From Candidatus Latescibacterota bacterium (GTDB lineage Bacteria; Latescibacterota; UBA2968), in contig JAJEDY010000002.1 in assembly GCA_022821275.1 (NCBI GenBank), forward strand, positions 28,561 through 92,560: 64,000 bases of DNA. The letters run 5' to 3'. Made by a program: the position numbers and the translations under genes. Under the pieces are notes generated by a model that was not told the DNA's origin, did no database searches, and was given only the letters and a program-made list of their open reading frames with translations. Of this stretch, positions 53,001-60,600 are shown in pieces (position 1 is the stretch's first letter; every line of letters begins with the position of its first letter).

Positions 53001-55745
53001 CTCGTAGGGCCTGCGGCTGTTTTTGATATCGCCCACCTGCAACACGACGCCGCGGTCTTCTTTTGAAATGCGGATGAGATCGGGAATGCCGATGCCATCT
53101 ACATGGCTCATCCAGTGGTCTTGTTGCCCCAAAACAGATGGCTGGATCAGAACGGCTTGAAACAAAAATGTCGATTGATCGGAGATTGTGTCTATGTCTT
53201 TCAACAGCGCGAGCGTTTTTTCAAACCGCGATTTGAGGGAAAGTCGCCTGCCCGTGTGGTCGCATGCCATCACTTCGCGCAAAACATTGACCTTCCGAAT
53301 GCGATTCAACACCTGTTTTTCGTGTAGATTTCCCCGTTCCATCCGAAGCGCGTTCAAGTCTGTATCGCTATCTCGCCATTGGGTTTGTTCAGCGGGTACA
53401 AAATTGAGGGCCAACCAGCGTTCACATTGATGGTGCAAAAAATACGCGCCCACCATTGTACCCGTAAGTGACCGCGGGCGATACTGCAGATCGGAGGTCT
53501 GTTCCGCGTGTCGGTCCGCAGGCCACCGCTGTTTTTCCCATGCGAGCAGATCGGTTTGTATTTTTGTATCGAGATAAATGGGGTGAGATTCGATCTCATA
53601 AATAGTTTCCACGAGCAGGGCGGGATCGCCAGACGCGATTTCTGAAGGGTGTTTCAGGTAGTGCTGGAAGGTTTTGGCAACGCGCGGATCAAAGAGGAAA
53701 TCCGTTACTTCTTCGACCAACAGAGGGCGGGGCAAGACCTCACAAAAGGCATTGAGAGGAAACAGGCTGTACAGGGATTCCAGGTGTTCTTTCATCCAGT
53801 GGGCAAAATCTTCTCGGTCTTGCGGGAGAGGGAGCGCTTGAAAATTGACCCAATGAGAACAGTCGATACCGATACTGTCTGAAGTCACCGTAAAATCTTT
53901 CAGATCGCCATACTCGCGTTCAATGATCCACTGTAACACGAGATTGCCCACAGAACCGAGATAGGTGCGATAGCGATACAGGCCGCCCAAACTGCGTTCA
54001 ACTTCAATGCTATTGTGCAAAACAACCGTGCGCTTCAGACTTCTCGCCGCATCGTTGAGCAATTTTCGCGTGCGGGAAAACAGGCCCAACGCGCTTTTTT
54101 CAGTATCCTTATGAAGAATATCTCGAACCGATTGTGCGACTTCATAAGACACCCGAAATCCCGCACCCAGCCAGAAAAGCTCTTTCTCGTCTATTCGATC
54201 CGTCGGTTGGGCAATCACTCTTTTGCGTTCACCCGTATCAATATTCAAAACGCATAATCGCTTGCCCGTCAGTTGCACGCGGTCACCGAGTTCCAATTGT
54301 CGAACGATGAATTTGGGCAAATCTGCAATGGCTTCGCCCGCAAATTCCAGCACATAATCCTCTTCGGTCTCGGGGAAATTGCTCCAAATACGCCGTTCCA
54401 AAAAATAATCGCGATAGCGTCGTCCCCCCTTAAAAAGACCCGTGACGTGATCTTTTCGCAACCACTGTTGCCGCGCCAAGGCCTCAAACAAATGGGCGAT
54501 CATGTTCCGCTGATCGGGAAACAAATCGCAAAGAGCAGACTGCGTGATGGTTTTCTTTTCGTACAAGCAGGAAAGCATTTGCTGGACGAGAACGCTGGGC
54601 AGAGTTTTGGGTTGCGGTGTTTCAATATGGCCGCGGCGCGCCATGTTCAGCATGCCCAAAAATCTGAGCAATTGCGCCTGTGCATCTGTGCCTCGGCATA
54701 TCCCCCAAAAATGCGTGTGTCCTTCTCGCCGGTTGGACCGCCCAATGCGCTGGAGAAAAGCCGATGTGGCATCCGGCGGTTCGTAGAGCAAGACGCTATC
54801 GACATCGCCGATATCAATGCCGAGTTCAAGTGTACTCGTGGCGATGCAAAGGGCGTGTTCGCGGCGGCGAAAACGGTATTCTACGGCGCGGCGCGTACTG
54901 GCCTTCAGGTTGGAGTAGTGGAGGTCGGTAACGCCTTGAAACGCACCTTGACGCGACAAAAGAGAAAACAGCCGATCACAACATCCTCGGCTGTTGGCAA
55001 ACAACAAAATTTTGCGATCCCCGTAGGTTTCGTAGAGATCGTTTAAGAGCGCGACGAGTTCGACCTCATCGTTTTTGAGGTGGATCAAATGGGGAATGAT
55101 ATCGCGTTGGACGGATTCGATGAGGCATACCGCATCGGGTCGAAACCCAAAAAAACGGGCAACCTCCTCGACATCGGCGAGCGTGGCGGAAAGAGCTATT
55201 TTTTGCAGGGGATGGGCGATGCGGCGTTGCAGGCGCGTGAGCAAATAGGATAATTGCCGGCCACGATACTGGTGAATGAAGGGATGTGCTTCATCGATAA
55301 TGACCGTGCGAATGCGCTGGACAAAATATTTCAAATCCGCATTTGAACTGCCCAAGAGCACGTCAAAAGATTCGGGCGTCGTCAATAACAGATCGGGCAG
55401 TGCCCCGCCTGTCCGTTTGAAATCGCCCGTGCGTATCCCCATTTGCAGGCCGAGTCTATCCTTCAATACAGGTGTGAGACGGCGTTCTAAATCTACGGCC
55501 AGTGCCCGCGTGGGAACCACATAAAGCGCGGTTTGTTGCCGCCCCGATTGAATGACGCGCTCGATGCACGGCGCCAGCACAGCTTCGGTTTTGCCAGAGC
55601 CAGTTGCAGATTGCAAGATCAGATCTCTGCCTTGCAAAATCGGTTCAATGCTTTGCTTTTGAAAGGGATAGAGGTGGGGAAAAGAGCTGTAAAATGCGCG
55701 GTAGGTATTGGGCAGTTGAAGCAGAGGAGAGATGGATTCGGACAT
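50076..55745 (-). CDS. 1,889-aa multidomain protein: Lhr-like SF2 DEAD/DEAH helicase plus Cas4/Dna2-like PD-(D/E)xK nuclease with Fe-S Cys cluster plus Upf1/Dna2-like SF1B helicase
   Basis: aa 48-53 SATGSGKT, 150-153 DEAH, 332-339 QRIGRSNR (SF2). aa 774 Cys, 886-889 GIPD, 906-908 D-I-K, 920-924 Q-x-x-F-Y, 998-1007 C-x2-C-x5-C (nuclease plus Fe-S). aa 1489-1496 GPPGTGKT, 1610-1613 DEAS, 1806-1813 QGAERDVI, 1837-1844 NVAITRAR (SF1B). Single uninterrupted ORF. No SD before the ATG. Confidence 0.8.
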   Translation of the reverse strand: MSESISPLLQLPNTYRAFYSSFPHLYPFQKQSIEPILQGRDLILQSATGSGKTEAVLAPCIERVIQSGRQQTALYVVPTRALAVDLERRLTPVLKDRLGLQMGIRTGDFKRTGGALPDLLLTTPESFDVLLGSSNADLKYFVQRIRTVIIDEAHPFIHQYRGRQLSYLLTRLQRRIAHPLQKIALSATLADVEEVARFFGFRPDAVCLIESVQRDIIPHLIHLKNDEVELVALLNDLYETYGDRKILLFANSRGCCDRLFSLLSRQGAFQGVTDLHYSNLKASTRRAVEYRFRRREHALCIATSTLELGIDIGDVDSVLLYEPPDATSAFLQRIGRSNRREGHTHFWGICRGTDAQAQLLRFLGMLNMARRGHIETPQPKTLPSVLVQQMLSCLYEKKTITQSALCDLFPDQRNMIAHLFEALARQQWLRKDHVTGLFKGGRRYRDYFLERRIWSNFPETEEDYVLEFAGEAIADLPKFIVRQLELGDRVQLTGKRLCVLNIDTGERKRVIAQPTDRIDEKELFWLGAGFRVSYEVAQSVRDILHKDTEKSALGLFSRTRKLLNDAARSLKRTVVLHNSIEVERSLGGLYRYRTYLGSVGNLVLQWIIEREYGDLKDFTVTSDSIGIDCSHWVNFQALPLPQDREDFAHWMKEHLESLYSLFPLNAFCEVLPRPLLVEEVTDFLFDPRVAKTFQHYLKHPSEIASGDPALLVETIYEIESHPIYLDTKIQTDLLAWEKQRWPADRHAEQTSDLQYRPRSLTGTMVGAYFLHHQCERWLALNFVPAEQTQWRDSDTDLNALRMERGNLHEKQVLNRIRKVNVLREVMACDHTGRRLSLKSRFEKTLALLKDIDTISDQSTFLFQAVLIQPSVLGQQDHWMSHVDGIGIPDLIRISKEDRGVVLQVGDIKNSRRPYETQKWQVAFYAYILDRVIAQHELPMCVASSGFLMLRSSRHDKTPEPHIFDLEPYLAALPTLFRNMNSILQRAPARARYHLQTHCTTCPNFEACYRDALQEDIQLVPHLSAGALQKFRQCDLKTIASAHAWFESVSVSGDDLFSPHQKTQLSGQLAALQENKIGLKEEQTRSYPSNLSTAIFIHIAEDSVSGHPRVIGWRALQGKTVVESQILEVASEGELPEALRDFTARFLSVWNRGIKGGRGPHVFHFGTRCWQTFEDWCEGSEDLSFLFLPHRNHRTDLQKLIASQFDFPMPGNPTLFALNRLLGLNAELNEPQSLFHFDDGEGIQEKKMVEYLNTVLRLQISLWQWVSSHLTSAWEKGEWDPAVDDMQSTQTAYLNFLSEERRLHEEDVLAVQALPLSERVERFRALGPIRFRKTTLDREGRFLYEFQIVPETGLSKFRAGDFLKLAPIGLSDVQNGLPVILTDYSAEHLWVQSRQGRLALNPKLMYSLEEDLTDWNGPRLVHAVQTVFSEDRAHPLSQLLSGNWQAAREPDALRWVQNWMRGFGAIAGLNETQQQALSLPFTHRLSLIEGPPGTGKTHLLGWILIALILHAQEEGRPFRIAVSALTHQAIDQVLAKVVALVEQHGLQGFPARCFKLGRWDLTERGVERLEDVETLAESSYAILGATGFGLYQLFEGHKGTFPQVFDWVVFDEASQMLIPQALLSLLYGKGNFLFAGDTKQLPPIVLSDRKEENGTHHSALSYLLSQYDSAHRVRLDRTYRMNEDLCSFPSHMWYDGELRADAGNARNRLALQHTDHRDLLDRVLDPAKPVVLLIVDHRGHHQKSDEEIEITTQLAHRLIAEHGLDADQIALISPHRAQNNATADSLAKRLGDANAKLPLIDTVERVQGAERDVILYAFTTSDPDYVTSPFLNNPNRFNVAITRARQKLIVVGSRAFFSAIPQSEDALKANRCFKAFYEFCRERESLFFYE

Positions 55746-55760
55746 GATAGCTATAAATGC

Positions 55761-55795
55761 GAATTAAAAATTGGGAATTGGGAATTAAGAATTAA
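55761..55795. repeat. Five tandem heptads (gaattaa aaattgg gaattgg gaattaa gaattaa), 16-50 nt upstream of the big helicase-nuclease gene start
   Basis: Seen directly. On the coding (minus) strand it reads TTAATTC TTAATTC CCAATTC CCAATTT TTAATTC then GCATTTATAGCTATC-ATG. Confidence 0.5.
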
Positions 55796-55843
55796 GGGTC
55801 GGGAACGGTGCGGGCCGCAATGATAATCGCTATTCCTGTCGTC

Positions 55844-55868
55844 ACGCCTGCAGGTCTTAAGCAGGCGT
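55844..55868. promoter_or_regulatory. Perfect 8-bp-stem palindrome/hairpin ACGCCTGC-N9-GCAGGCGT between ATPase gene C and the big gene
   Basis: About 20 nt downstream of the gene C stop. No U-run follows on the transcribed strand, so it reads as an operator or RNA-stability/processing element rather than an intrinsic terminator. Confidence 0.35.
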
Positions 55869-55887
55869 CCAGTACGCTTTATTCGCA

Positions 55888-57105
55888 TTATAAAATTTGA
55901 GCTTGATGGGCGAGGTCCAATTCATCGACCAGACCTTTGAGCCGATAGCGCGTCTCCTGCCCTTGCATGTGCGATAATCGCTGCGCCATTTCGCGCCGCA
56001 CAGCGGCCTTGAGTGGCTGCCATTGATAGGCTTTAGCATGTAAGTGCATCAACTTCTCGATCAACGCGTGCCATTCTTTCGCAGACAAATCGCGAAGTAG
56101 ATAGTGTTTCATATCTGTCCATGCACTGGCGTAATCTTTCTCAAAATAGGGAATTTCCTCTTCATTGCGGATTCGCACCCGGTCGTATTCTTCTTCATCT
56201 ACTTTTTGAAAAAAGTCGTCTGTAAAAGCAAAAACCGGATAAATAGATGCGGATGGAACGGCGGAGAAAAGCATCTGATCCAAATTCTGATAACTGCGAC
56301 TGCGGCTGGTCACGCGCACTTGAGAAATCGATTCTCCCTCGTCAAACAGCAACACCCATCCGCGGTAGCCCATCAATTGAAAAAGCCGCCCCAATCCGCG
56401 AATTACTTGCAGGTAGGGTTCTGCACCTTTACAGGTAAGCGATGTATCATTGTAAAAATCAACCTGTCGGTATTTGAGTGCGTGGCGCAAGCGATAGACT
56501 GGCACCACATCACCTGCAAGTGCGCGGGAAAGCAGGTAGGGAAATTCGCGCGGGCGGTATGCCGCGTGTTTTTTAGTGCCGCGCTGTCGCTTTGAAAGGG
56601 AGATTGTTTTTTGAGCCATCGCGGTCAGGACAGATCGGAACAGGTGCGGCATTTCCCGCTGCAAAAGCGGCGCGACTCGGGCCTCAAAGTCTTTGCGTGA
56701 TAGGTCACTTGCCCAGGCGCGCCATCGCGCTGCCAACGTGGTGTCTGCATCGGGAAATCTCATAGAGGCGACCAGGGCATGATAGACTCGTCGCATATCG
56801 TGAAAGGGAATCTCTCGAGGATCTAAATTGATGAAGGTGGTTACAAAATTTTCGCGCAGGGCCAGATCGTGGATGTAATTCAAACTGTGCGATTTGCCCT
56901 GCCCATAAGCCCCACAGATGCACAGATGGGTTGGCTTATTTTGGTCGAGTTGTTGAAAATCGCGGTCAATGATTTTTTTTAGATGGCTTTCGCGGGCTGT
57001 GAGCAGACGAACCGCAACAGGATCAAAAAGTCCTTCTCGCAGGCGTTCTATGGCACGCCGTAGGTGGAATGCCGTTTCATTGGATCGCGTTTGGAGAGAG
57101 GTCAT
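55888..57105 (-). CDS. BrxD-like (DUF2791-type) P-loop ATPase, paralog 2
   Basis: Walker A LCICGAYGQGKSHS, Walker B WVLLFDEGES, ~400 aa. Start at the ATG giving MTSLQ (57103-57105), overlapping the upstream gene stop as TGATGA. The first in-frame ATG (57117) is also possible. Confidence 0.55.
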   Translation of the reverse strand: MTSLQTRSNETAFHLRRAIERLREGLFDPVAVRLLTARESHLKKIIDRDFQQLDQNKPTHLCICGAYGQGKSHSLNYIHDLALRENFVTTFINLDPREIPFHDMRRVYHALVASMRFPDADTTLAARWRAWASDLSRKDFEARVAPLLQREMPHLFRSVLTAMAQKTISLSKRQRGTKKHAAYRPREFPYLLSRALAGDVVPVYRLRHALKYRQVDFYNDTSLTCKGAEPYLQVIRGLGRLFQLMGYRGWVLLFDEGESISQVRVTSRSRSYQNLDQMLFSAVPSASIYPVFAFTDDFFQKVDEEEYDRVRIRNEEEIPYFEKDYASAWTDMKHYLLRDLSAKEWHALIEKLMHLHAKAYQWQPLKAAVRREMAQRLSHMQGQETRYRLKGLVDELDLAHQAQIL

Positions 57106-58394
57106 CAGGCATCCCATGTCGGTTGAAGTTGTTCAACTTTTTCCTGCTCCATTTCTCGCTGGCTGACCACGAGTTGCTCGGCCATATCCATATCTTCGTC
57201 TGGCAGCACACCTTGCTCGGCCATGTCGAGTATGCGAATGACCTGCTTGATATAGAGCCGGACCTCGCTTAAAAGCCCCATGCGCTTTTGAGCGACACAC
57301 ATTTTGTTTAACAAATCTTCGCCGACATGTTCCTGGGCATCCCATCGGTAGGACAATTCGTGAATGCGTTTCAGGCAAAGCCCCAGATTGACCAGTTCGC
57401 TGGTTTCCAAAGGCGTCCTGTGAAGATCAACCAACACGCTGCGGTAATTCAGCCGTTTGCTTTCGCCAATAGAACGCACGCGACTCCACAGCGCGTCGTA
57501 GGACTTAAAACCCTTTTCCGAGAGCGTCACATCGGGAATAATGGACATAAAAATGTGCAAATAAGACGCTTGCTCGGCATTGTCGATCAGTAAGCGGACA
57601 TTTTCATAAGACGCATTGCGAATGGTTGTCGATTGGGCGATTACGGTTTCCAATTCGTCCATCAGCAGTACGAGGCCCTTGTAGTTGAGATGCCGCAAAA
57701 AGACAATGAGCGAGGTCAAAAAGCGTTTGCTATTGGTCTTATCGAGGGCTTCAAAAATCTGGAACGGTTTGAGCTCTCGCTTGCTCACCCGCGCACCTTC
57801 AAACCACTGGTAGAGAATTTCCCGCTGATATGCACGCGCCTCTTCGTCTTCACCTGCTTCAAGCGGTCTGAGGCGATTGTCTGCCAACCCGATCAGCGCA
57901 TTGGCAAAATTGAGATCCATCCCAGAAAGCGCACGCAGGCTTTCCCCCACAGAGAAGAGTTGTTCTTCGAGAGGTGCATCATCTGTCAGATTGGCTTTCA
58001 GATTTTCGACCCAATCATCCACGAATTGGCGGATACCCACGCCTTCAAAAGAACCGCAGAGCTGGCGCGCGATGGTTTGATAGACAATCTCAAATTTGTG
58101 TATGGGCACTTCGCGCGTGAGCACCACAAAAGACACGGCGAACTTTTTTTTAAGCGCGAGGTGCTTGATAACCGACATAAAATGCGTTTTGCCATCGCCA
58201 TAGTCCCCGTTGATAAAGCGAACCTTCGCGCCCCCTTCGGCGATGTAGTTATCCAGGTCTTCTTCGATAAACTTCAACCAGTTCTGACGCCCCACACTAA
58301 AAAAGGGCACGTAATCAATCGGCACGCTGCCTTTGCGGAGATCTTCAATAATGGCCCGCGCCTCAAAGGGTTTGAGCTGATCCAATTGTGTCAT
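57105..58394 (-). CDS. BrxD-like (DUF2791-type) P-loop ATPase, paralog 1
   Basis: Walker A RFINGDYGDGKTHF, Walker B LVLLMDELET, 429 aa. AGGAGAAAGG RBS. Similar domain order and length to the downstream paralog. Confidence 0.55.
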   Translation of the reverse strand: MTQLDQLKPFEARAIIEDLRKGSVPIDYVPFFSVGRQNWLKFIEEDLDNYIAEGGAKVRFINGDYGDGKTHFMSVIKHLALKKKFAVSFVVLTREVPIHKFEIVYQTIARQLCGSFEGVGIRQFVDDWVENLKANLTDDAPLEEQLFSVGESLRALSGMDLNFANALIGLADNRLRPLEAGEDEEARAYQREILYQWFEGARVSKRELKPFQIFEALDKTNSKRFLTSLIVFLRHLNYKGLVLLMDELETVIAQSTTIRNASYENVRLLIDNAEQASYLHIFMSIIPDVTLSEKGFKSYDALWSRVRSIGESKRLNYRSVLVDLHRTPLETSELVNLGLCLKRIHELSYRWDAQEHVGEDLLNKMCVAQKRMGLLSEVRLYIKQVIRILDMAEQGVLPDEDMDMAEQLVVSQREMEQEKVEQLQPTWDA

Positions 58395-58417
58395 GTGTCA
58401 TGTCCTTTCTCCTGCAT

Positions 58418-59251
58418 TTATTCTTGAAAAGCAATGGTGGTAATCTGTCGCCGTTCTCCATCGCTGTCAATCAGCCAAAGGGCCTTGTTCCGCCCCGGCC
58501 TTAGCTGCACGGCATAACCCTCTGACGTACCCCCCGTTCCAGCCTGAAAATAACGCCAAATATCTACGGCGAATTGATCCAGGCTATATCCTCGAAACCG
58601 TCCCTTATCCATGTCCTGAAAAAATGCCCGGCTCTGAAGAGAGAGCACATATTCCAGATATAATTGCTGCATTGCAACAGGCTCCCCCATCTCTCGATCT
58701 TCTTTTTTTAGAATTTCCGCATATACGTCATATAGCTTATCAATAAACACCTGTGGATCATAAGGGCGGTCATAGAGTTGCTGCTTTACCCTGCGGAGAG
58801 CAGTAATGATGCGCTTTGGATCAACGGATTTCAGGGTTTTTTTATTGATCACAGTTTTCCGCTGTGCAAAGTCAACATCTCCCTCTATGCCTTTGAGCAC
58901 CTCAATACGCGGAAAATCGACCTCTATTGGAAGTTCCGCTTCACGCGCCAATGTCGCCAGATCTTCTATAAATTGGATTCGGTATCGCTCCACCTGTTCA
59001 TCCGCATAAGTACGCAATTGATCTAAAAACTCTGCACCCTCCTTTAGTCCCACTTCTTCTTCCACATCCCGCGCCATTTTGGACTTGAGCAATTCGTCGA
59101 GTTGAAAAAAGTCATTCCTCCCGGCACTGCGGATACATTGTTTCACAAAATCGGCCATTCGCTGACGGCGGTTTTGCTGCTGTTGATAGGGCCTGACCAC
59201 GTCCGTCAATTTCTCTTGCATTTGCTCGAGAAATTCTTCTCGATCTACCAT
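58418..59251 (-). CDS. Hypothetical 277-aa protein, first gene of the operon
   Basis: Charged, helical-looking, no recognisable motif. GAAGG RBS. Driven by the predicted promoter at 59299-59327. Confidence 0.5.
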   Translation of the reverse strand: MVDREEFLEQMQEKLTDVVRPYQQQQNRRQRMADFVKQCIRSAGRNDFFQLDELLKSKMARDVEEEVGLKEGAEFLDQLRTYADEQVERYRIQFIEDLATLAREAELPIEVDFPRIEVLKGIEGDVDFAQRKTVINKKTLKSVDPKRIITALRRVKQQLYDRPYDPQVFIDKLYDVYAEILKKEDREMGEPVAMQQLYLEYVLSLQSRAFFQDMDKGRFRGYSLDQFAVDIWRYFQAGTGGTSEGYAVQLRPGRNKALWLIDSDGERRQITTIAFQE

Positions 59252-59298
59252 TTTGATTACCTTCTATTTTGGATGTAAGTGATTTCCGATCGCGTGTA

Positions 59299-59327
59299 AT
59301 TTTATCGCTGTACACAAAATGTGTCAA
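59299..59327 (-). promoter_or_regulatory. Near-consensus sigma70 promoter for the 4-gene operon
   Basis: Minus strand TTGACA(59327-59322)-17 bp-TAAAAT(59304-59299), about 45 nt upstream of the gene A ATG. Confidence 0.45.
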
Positions 59328-59355
59328 GTCGGAAATATCGGCGAAACAAACGCGC

Positions 59356-60600
59356 TTACTTCATCCGATCCAGCACGGGTTGTAATTTTTGTCGCACTGC
59401 CTCTGCTTCTGCACCTCCATCGACAATGGGATACTCTTCCAACTCATCTGCTACCACATCGTACAAATCGCCCGTATCGTAGAGCTTCCAGCGTTTATCC
59501 TGTGCCCATCGCTTTAAGTAATAGCCCTCCTTACCCCATCCGGGCAAAGGATCGTGATGGGCAAAAATCCACTCGCGCGGCGTTCCCGTCTCGCCCTTTA
59601 ACTGCGACAAAAAAGACACCCCATCAAACACATCGTCCTCGGGCAAAGGAACGCCAGCCATATCCATCATAGTGGGCACAAAATCGCTGCAATCGATCAA
59701 ATCATCACACACAGACCCCGGTGGAATCGTACCCGGCCAACTCGCAACAAATGGCACCCGCGTACCCGCATCAGTCGAAAGCCCCTTTCCCCCCTGGAAC
59801 TCGCGACCATGAATAATAGAAGTCACCTGACGAGGCGAACCATTATCGCCTATAAACAAAAGTAAAGTATCCTCTCTAAGCCCAAGCTCATCCAATTGAT
59901 CCACAATCCGCCCAATCACCACATCCATATACTCAACCATATCTTTAAAATACTTCACCCCACTATCGTGTCGATTCTCAGACCATATTTCACTATGGGG
60001 CGTGGGTTCAAACGGACCGTGTGTCAGCGCCATGGGATAATACACAAAAAACGGCTCATCTTTATGCCGCTCGATATAATCGCAAATATAAGCCGTATAA
60101 ATATCTGGACCGTACTTACCCTCTGTATCCTCCAAATACGCTCCATTTTGTTGAATCACCGGATCGGCATATCGCGACCCCTTATCCTCGGTATGTTCCG
60201 TATGCCACAAACAATACTCGTCAAAACCCGAATCTTCCGCCAATTGCCCCTTGCCGCGCCACTCGGGCTCAAAATCCGGCGGATTATAGCTATACATTTG
60301 CCATTTACCCGAAATACACGTTTTGTACCCAGCCGCTTGCATCAAATGTCCAAAAGTGCGCTCCTCGGGGTCCATAACGCCAAAAGCTCTCCAATTGCGA
60401 AAATTGTATTTACCCGTCATCAACTGTAACCGCGTCGGCGTACACAACGGCAGGACATACGCATGATCAAAACGCATTCCCTCCTTGCTCAAACCATCCA
60501 GCACGGGCGTTTGATACGACTCACCTCCATAACACCCCAGGCATTCATATCCCAAATCATCGGACAGAATCAAAATAATATTCGGTTTATCAGAAGCCAT
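59356..60600 (-). CDS. Formylglycine-dependent sulfatase, no signal peptide
   Basis: MASDKPNIILILSDDLGYE...VLPLCTPTRLQLMTGKY (C-T-P-T-R). GAAAGGAG RBS. Confidence 0.85.
   Translation of the reverse strand: MASDKPNIILILSDDLGYECLGCYGGESYQTPVLDGLSKEGMRFDHAYVLPLCTPTRLQLMTGKYNFRNWRAFGVMDPEERTFGHLMQAAGYKTCISGKWQMYSYNPPDFEPEWRGKGQLAEDSGFDEYCLWHTEHTEDKGSRYADPVIQQNGAYLEDTEGKYGPDIYTAYICDYIERHKDEPFFVYYPMALTHGPFEPTPHSEIWSENRHDSGVKYFKDMVEYMDVVIGRIVDQLDELGLREDTLLLFIGDNGSPRQVTSIIHGREFQGGKGLSTDAGTRVPFVASWPGTIPPGSVCDDLIDCSDFVPTMMDMAGVPLPEDDVFDGVSFLSQLKGETGTPREWIFAHHDPLPGWGKEGYYLKRWAQDKRWKLYDTGDLYDVVADELEEYPIVDGGAEAEAVRQKLQPVLDRMK

Noticed and set aside
55844-55868. Intrinsic terminator between ATPase gene C and the big helicase-nuclease gene
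   Set aside because: The 8-bp perfect stem is real, but no U-tract follows on the transcribed (minus) strand. It is reported as a palindrome or operator/RNA element rather than a terminator.
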